From contig CM030935.1 of NCBI GenBank assembly GCA_018136815.1, forward strand, positions 6,076,935 through 6,108,934: a stretch of 32,000 bases of DNA, in the 5' to 3' direction. The notes beneath the pieces are model-generated. The model searched no databases, was not told the DNA's origin, and was given only the letters and a program-made list of their open reading frames with translations. Shown piece by piece: positions 30,455 through 32,000 of the stretch (positions are counted from its first letter, which is position 1; every line of letters starts with the position of its first letter). The position numbers and the translations under genes were made by a program. The stretch is from Isochrysis galbana (Eukaryota).

Positions 30455-30513
30455 GTTTCCGGCCTAGATATCTAGATATCCTGGACATCGAACTAAGTTT
30501 ATACTTGGTCGCC

Positions 30514-32000
30514 ATGGAGCGCGCCGCCGCTCCCCACCTCTCCTTCGGGCACCCCGCCGCGGGCGCCCCTCCAGCACCCATGGAGCTGTCGCTGGCGAAG
30601 CGACCGCGTCCGCCCGCAGAGGCCGAGCAGGTGAGCGCGACCCCGGTCGCGCCGCACGGCCCGTGGCCCCGGCCACACCAGCCACTGCAGCCATGCTGGC
30701 CCTCCCCATGGTGGGCCACAAGCTGTAGAATACAGAGGACCAGAATCACACAAGACGAACAACACAGCCACCAGGCATGCCTTATGGCAGAGGCCTCTCC
30801 CACCCTAGGGACGGCCGCGCTGCCCCGGCAGCGCGGCCCGAGACCGGGTGGCCCTTATGGGCACAAATCCAACACAAACAGCAAAACGCACAATGGCACT
30901 GATCCCCCAACACCACAGCACATGACCACACAAAAGGGAGTCTGCTTGGGTGCGCCTAGAGGCGCACACCACACTTCTCTGCCACACGCTCGATCGGACC
31001 CACCCATGGCCTCACATACCCCGACCTCCCCTGCCACTCAGGAGCCGCCCTCAGATGAGGAGCAAGGCTACACTGAGTCGGACGCAACATACGAGCTGTC
31101 CTTTCACCAGGAGGGAGACTACACCTTTCAGGACGCCACCGTCTACGCCGCGATCGTAGAGCTCCTCTTGGAGCTCGAAGGAGTCGACCCGGAGCCGGAC
31201 TTCTGGGCCCGGTCCATCCGCGGGCCATGGCACATCGCCGTGAACGAGGACTGCGCTCAACAATTCAAAGAGCGCTACGGTGACAACACTACCCTCCGCA
31301 TCATCCAAACCGACATCCCTGTCCGCGTAAAAGTTGAAGCAATCGATGAGAAAATCAACAAGAAAGGCTCCACTTCTCGCAAAGCCCTCTACAACGCCCT
31401 CCAAGACGTCGCGGCGCACCTAGTCGTCGAGGCAGACGGCCTGGCGCAAGCGGCCCAAATCAATCTTAGCGCGCTCATCCTTGCGATCGAAAAGGTTGGG
31501 CTGACCTTTCCGAAAGGCAACCGAGAGCGCATGAAGCTCGAAGGCGGAGCAGGCACCTTTGTGTCTAAGGCGGCCTACTCGACCCGTTGGCATCTTTATG
31601 TTTCGGCGGGCCAAGGATCATTTCTTGACGGAAACTTTCCTCGCAAGCTCCTACTACAGATAGAAGGCAAGACAGTCCCGGTGAATTACGCCATTCGGGC
31701 ATGCAAGGAGATCAAAATGCCGGAGTCCATTCAATCCCCCCACAAACTCATGGTCCACGGCAGCCTACGCGGATGCAAGGGCTGGCGGCCGGAAGTGGTT
31801 AAGGGCCTCCTAAGCTCGATTCGCGTATGCGAATGCGAACAAGAAGCGGCGAAGCGCCGCGAGCGCAACGAGGCGCAGAGGCTCAACCCTCGCCCGAAAT
31901 CGGCGCACGAGGCTCTTGGCAAGGGCCCCCCTAAGCAATGTGCGCGCTTCACCCAAGGCCTATGCCTCAGGAACAAACGAGGCGTGCGATGCAATCTCTC
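30514..32000 (+). mobile_element. 5' ORF (ORF1/gag-like or N-terminal part) of a longer copy of the LINE-like family; 3' partial, runs off the window
   Basis: Hand translation of frame 1: an in-frame TAG at 30448-30450, ATG at 30514, and no stop through 32000 (more than 495 codons). It reads MERAAAPHLSFGHPAAGAPPAPMELSLAKRPRPPAEAEQ...GPYGHKSNTNSK...YELSFHQEGDYTFQDATVYAAIVELLLELEGVDPEPDFWARSIRGPWHIAVNEDCAQFKERYGDNTTLRIIQTDIPVRVKVEAIDEK...CARFTQGLCLRNKRGVRCNL. The first roughly 118 codons match the minus strand of 5513-5138. No RT or endonuclease motif appears in the visible part. Confidence 0.6.

Overview
This is eukaryotic nuclear DNA, not a prokaryotic locus. It has multi-exon genes with short GT..YAG introns, LTR, non-LTR and TIR transposons, abundant (GA)n/(CT)n microsatellites, and poly-G/poly-C runs up to G29. 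The best guess for the source is a haptophyte alga of the Isochrysis/Tisochrysis/Emiliania group. Two things support that guess, and both need BLAST confirmation. First, the ELO gene at 10740-12007 encodes a protein that, from memory, is collinear with and highly similar to the Isochrysis galbana C18-Delta9 PUFA elongase IgASE1. Second, a thylakoid-lumen-type pentapeptide protein carries a multi-part presequence typical of complex plastids. Layout: 1-6153 is a transposon nest holding an integrase-less Ty3/gypsy pol, an internally deleted LINE-like copy and a Ds-like hAT remnant. A host-gene island of about 24 kb follows. It contains a Sec7-PH ARF-GEF (-), a Delta9-elongase-like ELO (+), an atypical Delta9-family desaturase (+), and an AT-rich sub-island with RNI-type LRR/ankyrin genes (the + locus disrupted, the - gene intact). 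It also contains a pentapeptide-repeat protein (-), a DCN1-like cullin-neddylation factor (+, 6 exons), and a signal-peptide + TPR + JmjC + HDEL oxygenase (-). The window ends with the 5' end of a second, longer copy of the LINE-like family (30491 to beyond 32000). Its ORF of more than 495 codons is missing from the supplied ORF track because it runs off the window. Many long ORFs in the track are translations of GA/G low-complexity tracts or are antisense to real genes, and I reject them. I cannot point to one certain new system. The leads most worth a second look are the elongase/desaturase tandem with its divergent desaturase, the predicted ER-retained TPR-JmjC enzyme, the compositionally distinct LRR/ANK island with frame breaks at CCAAAAA, and two cleanly delimited TIR elements, one of which has its empty site preserved next door.
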